Under the pieces are notes generated by a model, which was not told where the DNA came from, searched no databases, and worked only from the letters and a program-made list of their open reading frames with translations. A program made the translations under genes and the position numbers. This document shows positions 9,380-19,059 of a DNA stretch of 20,000 bases, in pieces (within the stretch, counting starts at the first letter, position 1; each line of letters opens with the position of its first letter). The DNA is from an uncultured virus (IMG/VR IMGVR_UViG_3300044991_001638) (taxonomy: Duplodnaviria > Heunggongvirae > Uroviricota > Caudoviricetes): the IMG/VR virus record IMGVR_UViG_3300044991_001638; one strand, written 5' to 3'.

Positions 9380-11066
9380 ACATACAATCATACCAAGTAG
9401 TTTAACGTATGCGGCGGCTCCATCGGTTGACCAAGAAATTAATATTACTTTAGAAGAACAAAGTCAACAAATAGTTGAATATGACCGAAGTCAAAGTATT
9501 GACTTAGCTCAAGTTTTTGATGATGAAAGACAACGTGGTAGTGTGTTTAGGCCTACGTTTAAAATAACTTATTTATACAATAACACATATACCGGAACTA
9601 CTGAATATGTTCCATTTAGAGACACTCTATATTATGTTGAGCCAATACAATCTTATGTTAGTACTGTATGGAAAGGATACCCACAGTATTATGAATTTGA
9701 TTTTTATAGACCCAACATAACTGACCAACACATTAATTATGAGGCAAAAAGTGCTTACACCTATAATTGGACTTATTATGTTAGTTATGCGTATAATAAT
9801 AACTACTCAAAACAAATGTCATACACATTAAATAATAGTGGTTATGATTGGATAGCATCTGAAGGAATTCCATTTTTTATTAATAACACAACTAAAAATG
9901 GAAGTAATATTATTGGGTTTCAATGCATTTCACCACACGGATTAACCGTTGGAGAATATGTTGAATTATCATTTTCTTACAATGGCACAAATTTGTTTGA
10001 AGTATATTCCTTAGGTAATAATTTAGTTGATAGTGATATTTTTATATTTAACCTTTTTAATCTTGGTTATACTGGTACAACATTTGCAAATGGGGTTACT
10101 GGTACATTTAAAAGAGTTATTAATCCGAATAATTTATTAGAAACTAAGTCAAAGTATTATGTTAGAGAACATAAAATTTTAACAAATGTTGAAGATTGTA
10201 TTGTAGTTAAAAACGCTTTTGAAAGAAACATTTTTAACGAAGATAAACAATTTGAATATAGTTCTATTACTCCAAATCAAATATCAAGAATCTCACAAAA
10301 AACAAGTAGTAATTCATATAATATTACTGTTAATTATGATTTAGATTTAAATGGTGTTTTAGATAATCAAAAAAGACCTGTTAGTGAATTGTTTTTAACT
10401 ATTATTAATAAGGGATATACAGGTTATTTTAATCAACCAAATAATGGTATAGGATTAAAACAAGGGTGGGAATTTAATTTGTCAACACCAATAAGTTCTT
10501 GGTGGGATTTATTAAACACAAATTCAAATACAAGCATACCCACATCAAATTATACCTTAACAAGTGGAGTTACCAAAACATTTTATTATAATGAAGATTT
10601 AAACAGAGGGGATTCAGTTGATGGAGATTTTTGTGAATGGAATGATTATGAACAAATTGAAAGAGTTATTTCAAATTATTATCAAAAAATAAATTACAAT
10701 CAAAACGTTTTTCAAACATCTAGTACTTATTCAACTAATACCCAAGGTTATTATTATAAGCCACACACATCAATGGAAATTAGGGTTTTTTCCGATTATA
10801 TTGAAACTGGAGACATTAAATCTGTTGCAAACATACCTTTTTATTCCTTTTATTCTTCCTCAGACCAAGAATTCAGATGGAGAGACTTATACACTTATGG
10901 ATTTATAGATAATGAAAACAGAGGTGTTGATTATCCATTTATAAACAGTTCCCAATATCCATATAAAAATGTTGTATTTAGATTAATACCTGATGGTATC
11001 AACTATAACGATAATTTACTTGGAATTCAATTTCCAATAAAACCATTATTCGATGAGTGTGAATAA
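9372..11066 (+). CDS. Putative virion structural protein (564 aa)
   Basis: GTG start overlaps the upstream gene by 8 nt. Asn/Tyr/Thr-rich, with PHGLTVGEYVEL (HGL..G..V beta-module often seen in phage baseplate/tail proteins) at about 9933-9968. Confidence 0.65.
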   Translation: MNKHTIIPSSLTYAAAPSVDQEINITLEEQSQQIVEYDRSQSIDLAQVFDDERQRGSVFRPTFKITYLYNNTYTGTTEYVPFRDTLYYVEPIQSYVSTVWKGYPQYYEFDFYRPNITDQHINYEAKSAYTYNWTYYVSYAYNNNYSKQMSYTLNNSGYDWIASEGIPFFINNTTKNGSNIIGFQCISPHGLTVGEYVELSFSYNGTNLFEVYSLGNNLVDSDIFIFNLFNLGYTGTTFANGVTGTFKRVINPNNLLETKSKYYVREHKILTNVEDCIVVKNAFERNIFNEDKQFEYSSITPNQISRISQKTSSNSYNITVNYDLDLNGVLDNQKRPVSELFLTIINKGYTGYFNQPNNGIGLKQGWEFNLSTPISSWWDLLNTNSNTSIPTSNYTLTSGVTKTFYYNEDLNRGDSVDGDFCEWNDYEQIERVISNYYQKINYNQNVFQTSSTYSTNTQGYYYKPHTSMEIRVFSDYIETGDIKSVANIPFYSFYSSSDQEFRWRDLYTYGFIDNENRGVDYPFINSSQYPYKNVVFRLIPDGINYNDNLLGIQFPIKPLFDECE

Positions 11067-11874
11067 AATAGTAATTAATAAAGAAGGGTTTGTTGATAGA
11101 CAACTCACAATTCCAATTCAGTTTACTTGGGATTATTTGGGATTAGACCAAAGTATTGATGAGTATGAGGGTGAAATGATAACTAAAGTGATTGGTGAAG
11201 GTAGAGACTTTGAAGTTACTCGATTTGCACATGCCCCTTTAACAGGAGCAACTGGTGCTCCAACAGAAATTAAATATGAATTTAATTTTTATTCAGGTGG
11301 TTCATTAAATGATGAAACAAATTGGAAGTCTAACTATCAGATGGAAGGATTTACAACACAAGAGATATATTATTATACTAACAACTTTACAAATTCATTT
11401 TTTAAATTGGATTTATATGATAATATTGATGAAAAAAGACAGACGAATTATATTACAATTATTATACCCACACAACAAGGGTTAAAGATGGATGCAATTA
11501 TGCAAGTAACTCCGGTAACAATTAAAAAACCATATTTTATTTTAGATTATATTGGAGATAAAGAAGGTTTTTTTATTTATTGGTTAAAAAAACGAAAATT
11601 TTTAGACATAAGTACATTTTACATGACGGCAAAGTTTTATGACGCAAAAAATGGTTCCTTTAAAAAAATGTTAAATATGCCGCAATCATCAATCTCAGGT
11701 GATAAATATATTTTTGATGGTTCACAATATTTTTACTATCGGGTTGAATTAAATTACGAAAAACATAATTACCAAATATTCAATATAAACACATCTCAAA
11801 CAATATATATTAATGATAATGAAAGGGCAGGTACATTAGAACCCATAAAATGGTATGAATATGTTAACCCATAA
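11053..11874 (+). CDS. Hypothetical protein in the structural operon (273 aa)
   Basis: 14-nt overlap with the upstream gene and TAATG coupling to the next gene. No family recognised. Confidence 0.65.
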   Translation: MSVNKIVINKEGFVDRQLTIPIQFTWDYLGLDQSIDEYEGEMITKVIGEGRDFEVTRFAHAPLTGATGAPTEIKYEFNFYSGGSLNDETNWKSNYQMEGFTTQEIYYYTNNFTNSFFKLDLYDNIDEKRQTNYITIIIPTQQGLKMDAIMQVTPVTIKKPYFILDYIGDKEGFFIYWLKKRKFLDISTFYMTAKFYDAKNGSFKKMLNMPQSSISGDKYIFDGSQYFYYRVELNYEKHNYQIFNINTSQTIYINDNERAGTLEPIKWYEYVNP

Positions 11875-12983
11875 TGGAAGATTTTTATAATATTATTATA
11901 TCCCCTGAGACAATTAAGGGAGACCTTTTTACTGTTAATTTACAAGGTAACAATGTTGGACCAAATTATTCTGGTGAAACGATTGGGATTTATTCGGGAA
12001 TGACTCAAGTTTTAACTGGAGGTAATGAAGGAAGTTCATTATTAACTGGATTAACAATTCCAATTTTATTTAAACAAACAGCAATTGATGTTGGATACTT
12101 TAGCCCATTTGATGGCGCGATATTACAAAAAGATATTGTTGCTAATTTTATATTTTCATCTACAACCTCTAATCCATATGTTTATAACGTTTATAATACA
12201 TCAAGCGAGTTTCAAAAATTTCTTGAATTATCGTCATATAAAATTAATTGGGGTGATGGAACACCATCACAAACAATTGCAACTTATACACCAAACTATA
12301 TAAATCATACTTATCCTGTTGCAAATGCCCAATACACAATCACATTGGAGCAAACAAATCCTTGGGGTATTACTAAAGTTTCCAAAACAATAACAACACC
12401 ATATTCAGATGTGGTTATTAATAATCCAAATGGTATGGCGTTTTTTATTCCTGCTGGCGGTAATTGGTTTGAAACACCAATCAGTTATGATTACATATTT
12501 TCGGGCGACGCGGTTAGTGAAGTATCTGCTCAAACATCAAATAACTTTACAACAGTTCCATTTACAGTTTCAGGATTAACAAAATCTAAACTTAATGAGT
12601 TATCAATGTATGGACCGTTAAAATTTCAAGTGGGGGTTCCTGTAATTAAAAATGGACAAATATGGGGAGCAATAACCAACACGGCAACAACATTCACGGC
12701 ATACACAATTAATTCTGTTGATTATTATGATTACTTAGATGGTACTACAATATTTTTTCAACAATCTTCAGGATTTACTAATAATAATTTAACAAACAAA
12801 CCAATAACTAAAGAAGAGGTTTTACTTAAGGTTATTGACCAACCACAAATACAAACAAATGTTTTTGTTGAAAGAGGAAAAAACTCCGCGTATGAAAAAA
12901 TTCAAAGACTCGGAGAAGTTGACAATTTAGGAGATATGATTAATTACGGATATGGATTTTTTTCGGTGGTTAAAAATAATTAA
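11874..12983 (+). CDS. Putative virion protein with a PKD-like Ig-fold domain (369 aa)
   Basis: YKINWGDGTPSQ...INHTYPVANAQYTITLEQTNPWG matches the PKD pattern W.(F/W)GDG...HTY....YT(V/I).L...N..G. TAATG-coupled start. Confidence 0.7.
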   Translation: MEDFYNIIISPETIKGDLFTVNLQGNNVGPNYSGETIGIYSGMTQVLTGGNEGSSLLTGLTIPILFKQTAIDVGYFSPFDGAILQKDIVANFIFSSTTSNPYVYNVYNTSSEFQKFLELSSYKINWGDGTPSQTIATYTPNYINHTYPVANAQYTITLEQTNPWGITKVSKTITTPYSDVVINNPNGMAFFIPAGGNWFETPISYDYIFSGDAVSEVSAQTSNNFTTVPFTVSGLTKSKLNELSMYGPLKFQVGVPVIKNGQIWGAITNTATTFTAYTINSVDYYDYLDGTTIFFQQSSGFTNNNLTNKPITKEEVLLKVIDQPQIQTNVFVERGKNSAYEKIQRLGEVDNLGDMINYGYGFFSVVKNN

Positions 12984-12987
12984 TAGG

Positions 12988-12994
12988 TATTTAT
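12988..12994 (+). promoter_or_regulatory. Candidate late-promoter motif TATTTAT
   Basis: In the 48-bp gap before GTG 13032, followed by an extremely A-rich leader with no Shine-Dalgarno. Confidence 0.4.
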
Positions 12995-13031
12995 TAAATA
13001 AGAAAAATAAACTAATTAAAAAAGAAAACAA

Positions 13032-13940
13032 GTGAGTATAGGAAGCTACGGAACAATACGACCAAGTGATGTAAGTCCCGAGGATGTCCAAATTTTATTA
13101 AATTATACCCCATCTAGAGACGTTACGGATAATTTTATTCTAACACAACTTGATGCGCAGACAATCCTTAAACCTTATTTCAATAATACTCAGACTGGCG
13201 GAAATGCTGGTGTTGAAGTTTTAGGGGGATTATATAATTTAACTTTACCCGCTGAGCAGTTCAATGCTCTTGGAATTTACACTTTATATTTAAGACCAAA
13301 GGAAATTAGAACAAAGATTACCGATTGTGGTGTATTAAATGCTTTACCAAACGTAAAAGGAATTGTTGTTGATATTAGTAATGTACCAGCACAATATCAA
13401 AACAAATTTGTTTCACAAGGATTGGTTGGTTTTAGAGTAGAATATTTAAATACTAATGGTTCAAAAATACCTAACTTTTTTAGAGTTATTACCTCATCAT
13501 TCTTCTGTGAGCCAGTTGTTACAAATCAAACCAACACTACAGCAAAAACTATAAGATATCGATATGTTGATGGAAATACCAATTTAATTTTTCTAACTCT
13601 GTCACCATCGTCATCTCCAACTAATAATCCAAACTCAACTCCATTTATTGGACAACCAAACCAAAATATTATAATTTCAAATACATATTTTAATCCAATA
13701 ACTTTGGAGATAGAAATGGTTGAATATGACATATCATCTCTTGCAATTGCTCTTTTTGGTAATCAAACCAAATCAATTGATGATGGTGTTTATACAATCT
13801 ACGACTCTCAAAATAACATATATAGACAATACAACTTATATGAAATTAGAGACCAATTTAATGCATTGTTATATGAAGTTAGACAAAGTAGAGGTAATAA
13901 TATTGATTTCAGTAAAAACTTTACAAACATAACTAGTTAA
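13032..13940 (+). CDS. Hypothetical protein in the structural operon (302 aa)
   Basis: GTG start after an A-rich leader, TAATG-coupled to the next gene. Composition suggests a beta-rich protein; no family recognised. Confidence 0.65.
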   Translation: MSIGSYGTIRPSDVSPEDVQILLNYTPSRDVTDNFILTQLDAQTILKPYFNNTQTGGNAGVEVLGGLYNLTLPAEQFNALGIYTLYLRPKEIRTKITDCGVLNALPNVKGIVVDISNVPAQYQNKFVSQGLVGFRVEYLNTNGSKIPNFFRVITSSFFCEPVVTNQTNTTAKTIRYRYVDGNTNLIFLTLSPSSSPTNNPNSTPFIGQPNQNIIISNTYFNPITLEIEMVEYDISSLAIALFGNQTKSIDDGVYTIYDSQNNIYRQYNLYEIRDQFNALLYEVRQSRGNNIDFSKNFTNITS

Positions 13941-16924
13941 TGGCCGTAAATACAACAAATACTAAATACTTTTATCCACCAAGGCCAGGTAACGGGGCGG
14001 GTACTTTCTCTGACAACATTGTAGGACTACAAACTGTTGAAGGAGGAGGTCTTACGCAAGGTAACTTTGAGTTTACCACCGGAGTAACAGAAAAAGTTAA
14101 TAGAACATTTAATGTCGGGGCGTTTTCAGAGTCAATGACTTTGGATATGATGAATATAGAAAGTCTCGAACAAAGTAGACAAATTCTTGCAACTCAATTT
14201 AGAGTATATCCTAACTATGATATAAGTCAGGTTCTTAATTTTTCAATGTACGGTTCTTTATCTGAAAGGTTTAGAGTTTCAATAACAAAAATTATTAATT
14301 ATTTTCCGGCATCTTTAGATGTTCAATATACTAATGGTGATTTTATAACTGGTGACACTGCGTATGATATTGCTTATGATATTCAAAATGACGAAACTTA
14401 CTTTAAAGTAAATGTTGATAGATTACGTAATCCATTTGATGTTGATTATTCTATTAACGCATCAAATAATTTGATGATGAGAGAATTAGAGGTTTCTATT
14501 TACAGAAATCTTAATAAAACTTATTTGGATTACTGTGTTAGCATTGACGATAACATCTATAAAATTTTAGCGTTTACACCATCAACAACATTAACTTCAG
14601 GAACACTAACATTTTATGTTTCAGGGTCACCATTTGGGACAACTGCAACAACATTACAAACAGAATTTCAAATTAGACCTAATGATTATATTGTTGATAA
14701 AATATTCCAAGAAAATTTTGATGAGGTTGAAAAGTTTTTAGTTAATAGGTTAGTACGACCTGAATATACCGCAGTATTTCAAGTACCACAACAAAACGAG
14801 TATGGACAAACATATACGGATTATCAACAAGTTACTTGGCCAAAAGATGGGTATTGGAACTTGGACATTCGTTCATTTCTATTTGATTCTTATTTGGCAA
14901 AAATTCAAGAAATAGCAATTAATTTAGATTCATTTAAAACTAATCTAATTTCGAGATTTTTGGTTTCAGACTCATTAAAGGAATTTGATACTTTAGGTAG
15001 AAAAGTTGAAAAAATATTTCAAATATACGGTAGAAGTTTTGACCAAATAAAACAATTTATTGAAGGGTTAGCTTACATGAATTCCGTCAACTATAATACA
15101 TCAAATGACATACCTTCGGAGTTATTAGTTAATTTATCAAGAACTTTAGGGTGGTCATCAAATTTTTCGCCAATCACAAATGAAGATTTTTTAAGTTCTG
15201 TTTTTGGAAATACGTCAACACCAACATATCCTGGATATGCAAGAGCTTTAACACCAACAGAATTAAATTATACTTATTATAAAAATTTAATTCTTAATGC
15301 GTCTTATCTTTTTAAATCAAAAGGAACTCGAAGGTCAATAGAATTTTTATTAAGATTAATTGGTGCTCCAGATTCATTAATTGAATATAATGAACACATT
15401 TATTTGGCGGACCAAAAAATAAATCTTGACCAATTCTATAATCAATGGTCTCAAATATCAGGAGGAACATATGTTTTAGAAACTCCCACATATGCAACTG
15501 GACAAACATATAGTTTTAAGGGTCAATTATTTACAGCGTTTACAACAAATTCTTCATACCAAGATACTAATATAAATTTAAGTGACTATCCAATGGACTT
15601 TGAAGGTTATCCCAATGCTCCACTTAATACCGAAACTTATTTTTTTCAAATTGGTGCTGGATGGTATGAGACCACTCCAGAACATAGAAGTCCTGATGAT
15701 GTGGTATTAACTGGTAATGTATTTACCGGCCAAAATTTAAGTATACAAACACAATTACTACCATTCACATACGGACAAACTTATTTGAATCGATTTAGAG
15801 ATTTTCCATACATGAATGAAGGATTTAAACTACAAAAAATTGTTGATAACAATAAATCTTGGTTATCTGATGATGATAAAATCAGAACATCAAGTCAGGC
15901 AGATTATAACGCATATTATTTTGTGGATAACGAGAAATTAGTATTAAATGTTAAGAATATTGATTTGTTTTTAAATCCGGCACAAGGACTGGTTTATGAT
16001 GTTTGGGACCAATCAAGAAAATATGATTATCCCATACCTGAATCAGGTTTAACTATTGGATATCCTGTTCCTGGAGGAGTTGATTGGACTTATATTGACC
16101 CAAAACCTAAGAAAAAAACATTCTTTGAATTTTCTCAAACTTTTTGGCAAAATATGATTAACGCTAGAAATAGACAATACATTTCTGATGGTAAAACTGG
16201 TGGTTATCCAACACTACAATCTATATGGTGGAAATATATTGAATCAGAACAAACCGTTGGGTTACCTAACAACAAATACACATATCAAAAGTTGATTGAC
16301 TATGTAACCGGTATTGGACCATATTGGACTAAGTTGGTAGAACAGATGATTCCAGCAACAACTATTTGGAATACTGGTGTTCGATTAGAAAATTCGGTAT
16401 TACACAAACAAAAATTTGTTTATAGGAGACAAAGAGGATGCCAATTTATACCAGTTGCTGTTGACCCGTGTTATATCATATCTGATATTTTTAATTATAC
16501 CTGTAATTCTGAATATGTTGATTTTAATATATATCCATGGTTTAATGGAGATATAACTGCAACTAATTTTAATAGTATTCTTTCAAATAGGATTAATAAT
16601 ATGTTGTCTGAAAGCGGATTAACACTTAATCAATGTTATCAAAATTCGGTTCAAACAGAATGGTACATTGATTTAAGAATTAATAATCAAATTTTAATTC
16701 AAAATACTTTTTATAGTGGATATGGATATACTGATGTCCCCACCGAATTACAATGGAGAAATAGTTTAATATATTATTTACCAATTTTATATGATTATGG
16801 ATACACTTATTATTTAAATGGCAATAATTTAACAATAACTAATTTAGGGTGTAATTCTGAAAATTTGCAAGATACCGTATTTTTAAACGTCGGAATAAAT
16901 ATTAATATAAAGTGTAGTAGTTAA
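13940..16924 (+). CDS. Baseplate wedge protein with a P2 gpI / T4 gp7-like motif (994 aa)
   Basis: The segment IPSELLVNLSRTLGW...YYKNLILNASYLFKSKGTRRSIEFLLRLIG (about 15110-15365) matches the gpI/gp7-type 'L..LA..LGW ... K.KGT..SI..LL' pattern, and a late VEQMIPATT resembles the 'i...iPAh' element. Same operon as gp25 and gp6. Confidence 0.72.
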   Translation: MAVNTTNTKYFYPPRPGNGAGTFSDNIVGLQTVEGGGLTQGNFEFTTGVTEKVNRTFNVGAFSESMTLDMMNIESLEQSRQILATQFRVYPNYDISQVLNFSMYGSLSERFRVSITKIINYFPASLDVQYTNGDFITGDTAYDIAYDIQNDETYFKVNVDRLRNPFDVDYSINASNNLMMRELEVSIYRNLNKTYLDYCVSIDDNIYKILAFTPSTTLTSGTLTFYVSGSPFGTTATTLQTEFQIRPNDYIVDKIFQENFDEVEKFLVNRLVRPEYTAVFQVPQQNEYGQTYTDYQQVTWPKDGYWNLDIRSFLFDSYLAKIQEIAINLDSFKTNLISRFLVSDSLKEFDTLGRKVEKIFQIYGRSFDQIKQFIEGLAYMNSVNYNTSNDIPSELLVNLSRTLGWSSNFSPITNEDFLSSVFGNTSTPTYPGYARALTPTELNYTYYKNLILNASYLFKSKGTRRSIEFLLRLIGAPDSLIEYNEHIYLADQKINLDQFYNQWSQISGGTYVLETPTYATGQTYSFKGQLFTAFTTNSSYQDTNINLSDYPMDFEGYPNAPLNTETYFFQIGAGWYETTPEHRSPDDVVLTGNVFTGQNLSIQTQLLPFTYGQTYLNRFRDFPYMNEGFKLQKIVDNNKSWLSDDDKIRTSSQADYNAYYFVDNEKLVLNVKNIDLFLNPAQGLVYDVWDQSRKYDYPIPESGLTIGYPVPGGVDWTYIDPKPKKKTFFEFSQTFWQNMINARNRQYISDGKTGGYPTLQSIWWKYIESEQTVGLPNNKYTYQKLIDYVTGIGPYWTKLVEQMIPATTIWNTGVRLENSVLHKQKFVYRRQRGCQFIPVAVDPCYIISDIFNYTCNSEYVDFNIYPWFNGDITATNFNSILSNRINNMLSESGLTLNQCYQNSVQTEWYIDLRINNQILIQNTFYSGYGYTDVPTELQWRNSLIYYLPILYDYGYTYYLNGNNLTITNLGCNSENLQDTVFLNVGININIKCSS

Positions 16925-19059
16925 TGTCAACTTTTAATTATAATATAGCAGTCACTGGAGATTGTTCAAATACGAACTCAGGGTCTATCAGTTTGAGTCT
17001 TAGCGGTGGTACACCACCATACACGGTACAATGGTTAAGCCCTATTTTATCGCCAGACATTGTCACTACCGAGCCAGCAATAAAAACAGGATTAAGTGCC
17101 ACAACATATTCGGTAAGAGCTATTGATAGTTCACTACCAACCAATAATGAATTTTATATTAACATACCAATATCAAGTGGGGTATGTGCAAGTGTTCTCG
17201 GTGTTATGGGAACAACGTGTTCTCAAAATAATGGATTTGTAAGTGGAACATCCACATCAGATTATTCCTCAACTGAATTTTATCTTTTTCATGGTGATGG
17301 AGTATTTTCACAATCGGCGATAACATCTCAATCAACAGTTGTGTTTGGAAGTTTAACTGCGGGAACTTATTATATTAAAGCTGTTGACTTGGGTGGGTGT
17401 ACAGGACAAACCCCAACTTTTATTGTTGAAGATTCGGATACTTTAGATTATGGTTTATATGTGGTTCCAAATTCATCGTGTGGAGGAACTGGTATGGGTA
17501 AAATTATGGTTACGGGAGTAACAGGTACTCCACCATACACATATCTTTGGAATACAACTAACACAGGGTCAACTGTCACCGGATTAACAGCAGGAATTTA
17601 TTCTGTTAGTGTTACAGATTATTATGGGTGTGTTAAAACAAAAAGTGAGACAATTGTAAATGTCCCACCAATTGGATTAGGTACATTTACCTCAACACCC
17701 CCAACTTGTTTTTCTTCCGATGGTTCAATAACGATTCAAATTACAGGAGGAACCGCGCCATATTATTATTCTGCATCTACAGGAGAGGTATTAATTCAAT
17801 ATCCAAAATCATTTACAATATCTGGATTATCCTCAGGAAATTATTCCTTCCAAGTAACCGACGCGGCATTATGTACTATGTTCGCGGGAACAACATTAAC
17901 TCCACCAAATGGTATAACCTCGGTTAACATTAATACACAAGGCTCAACATGTTCAAGTAATGGAGGGTCAATCACCGTTTTAGTTAATGGAGGAGCTTCC
18001 CCATACATTTATACGTTAATATATCCAAATGGAAACGTCTTAAATGTTAGTAATAATCAAACAGCTCAATTATTTTCTAATTTATATTCAGGAACGTATA
18101 GTGTAGCAGTTCAAGATGCTTCAGGATGTTATTACTTAGATGAGGTTACATTATATGCTACTGATACATTTACAATATCAACAAATACTACAGGAACCAC
18201 ATGTAATAATACAAATGGTTATATTTCGGTTATTAAAAGTGAAGGAGGGGCAACTCCATTTGATTATTCATTAGACGGTTTAGTTAATATAAATAATAGT
18301 ACTTTATCTGCGATTACATTTAATAATGTTTCTTCAGGACAACATACAATTACTGTTACGGATAATACAGGATGTACTCAAACAACTCAAGTTTATGTTA
18401 ATAGTAGTATACCACTTGATTATAGTTTATATAGTACTTCTTGTGGTACAGGTTCTGAAGGTACTTTAACCGCATTTATTTCATCAGGAACTCCACCATT
18501 TATATTTGATTGGTCTAATAATGTACCCAATAATCCGCAACAAATTACTGTTCAAGGGTTAACAGGAGGAACATATAACTTAACCGTAATTGATGATAAT
18601 GGATGTTCGTTATCAAGAACCGCAGAAATTACTTGTGATGCTTCATATGTTTCATATCAAACATATGTCATGGGGTCTGAAACTTTTATTATTGAGGCAC
18701 AAACTAAATTTGGGTTATTACAAATGTTAAATGTTGGATTTGACGATTTAACCTCTGGTAATACAAGTTGTAGTTTAGTTTCAGCAACATTTACAATAAA
18801 CGTTTCAGTTAATCCATTAGGGTTGACAACAAGTGAAACTTTTTTTACAACAACGTCTTTAAATGTTGTTCCAGGTGATAATCTTTATTATGATACCGTT
18901 ACTAGTTTATTAAACACAATACCTGGTATTGGTGTAATTACAGTTGACGATTTAAATAATCAAATAACTATTCAAACTAGCCCAACTAATGATACTTTAA
19001 ATGGACAAGAAATTATTATTAAATTAATTATTGTTTATGATACAATTTGTTTAACATGA
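16924..19059 (+). CDS. SprB-repeat protein, putative tail/baseplate appendage or adhesin (711 aa)
   Basis: Seven units of roughly 75-85 aa with the pattern C....G.I......GGT.PY.Y.W......GL..G.Y.V.V.D..GC, e.g. SCGGTGMGKIMVTGVTGTPPYTYLWN...TGLTAGIYSVSVTDYYGC, the hallmark of Bacteroidota SprB repeats. No N-terminal signal peptide is visible. Confidence 0.8.
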   Translation: MSTFNYNIAVTGDCSNTNSGSISLSLSGGTPPYTVQWLSPILSPDIVTTEPAIKTGLSATTYSVRAIDSSLPTNNEFYINIPISSGVCASVLGVMGTTCSQNNGFVSGTSTSDYSSTEFYLFHGDGVFSQSAITSQSTVVFGSLTAGTYYIKAVDLGGCTGQTPTFIVEDSDTLDYGLYVVPNSSCGGTGMGKIMVTGVTGTPPYTYLWNTTNTGSTVTGLTAGIYSVSVTDYYGCVKTKSETIVNVPPIGLGTFTSTPPTCFSSDGSITIQITGGTAPYYYSASTGEVLIQYPKSFTISGLSSGNYSFQVTDAALCTMFAGTTLTPPNGITSVNINTQGSTCSSNGGSITVLVNGGASPYIYTLIYPNGNVLNVSNNQTAQLFSNLYSGTYSVAVQDASGCYYLDEVTLYATDTFTISTNTTGTTCNNTNGYISVIKSEGGATPFDYSLDGLVNINNSTLSAITFNNVSSGQHTITVTDNTGCTQTTQVYVNSSIPLDYSLYSTSCGTGSEGTLTAFISSGTPPFIFDWSNNVPNNPQQITVQGLTGGTYNLTVIDDNGCSLSRTAEITCDASYVSYQTYVMGSETFIIEAQTKFGLLQMLNVGFDDLTSGNTSCSLVSATFTINVSVNPLGLTTSETFFTTTSLNVVPGDNLYYDTVTSLLNTIPGIGVITVDDLNNQITIQTSPTNDTLNGQEIIIKLIIVYDTICLT

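Noticed and set aside
2789..17927. Short alternative-frame and minus-strand ORFs in the track (65-119 aa)
   Set aside because: All lie inside long, motif-bearing + strand genes, lack recognisable motifs and look like shadow ORFs.
1816..19059. Bacterial eCIS/T6SS/tailocin locus instead of a phage
   Set aside because: Direct linkage to a divergent nrdA, a T4-gp6-sized wedge protein and large unknown genes, with no Afp/Tss accessory genes in view, fit a large phage better. Capsid genes are outside the window, so this is not formally excluded.
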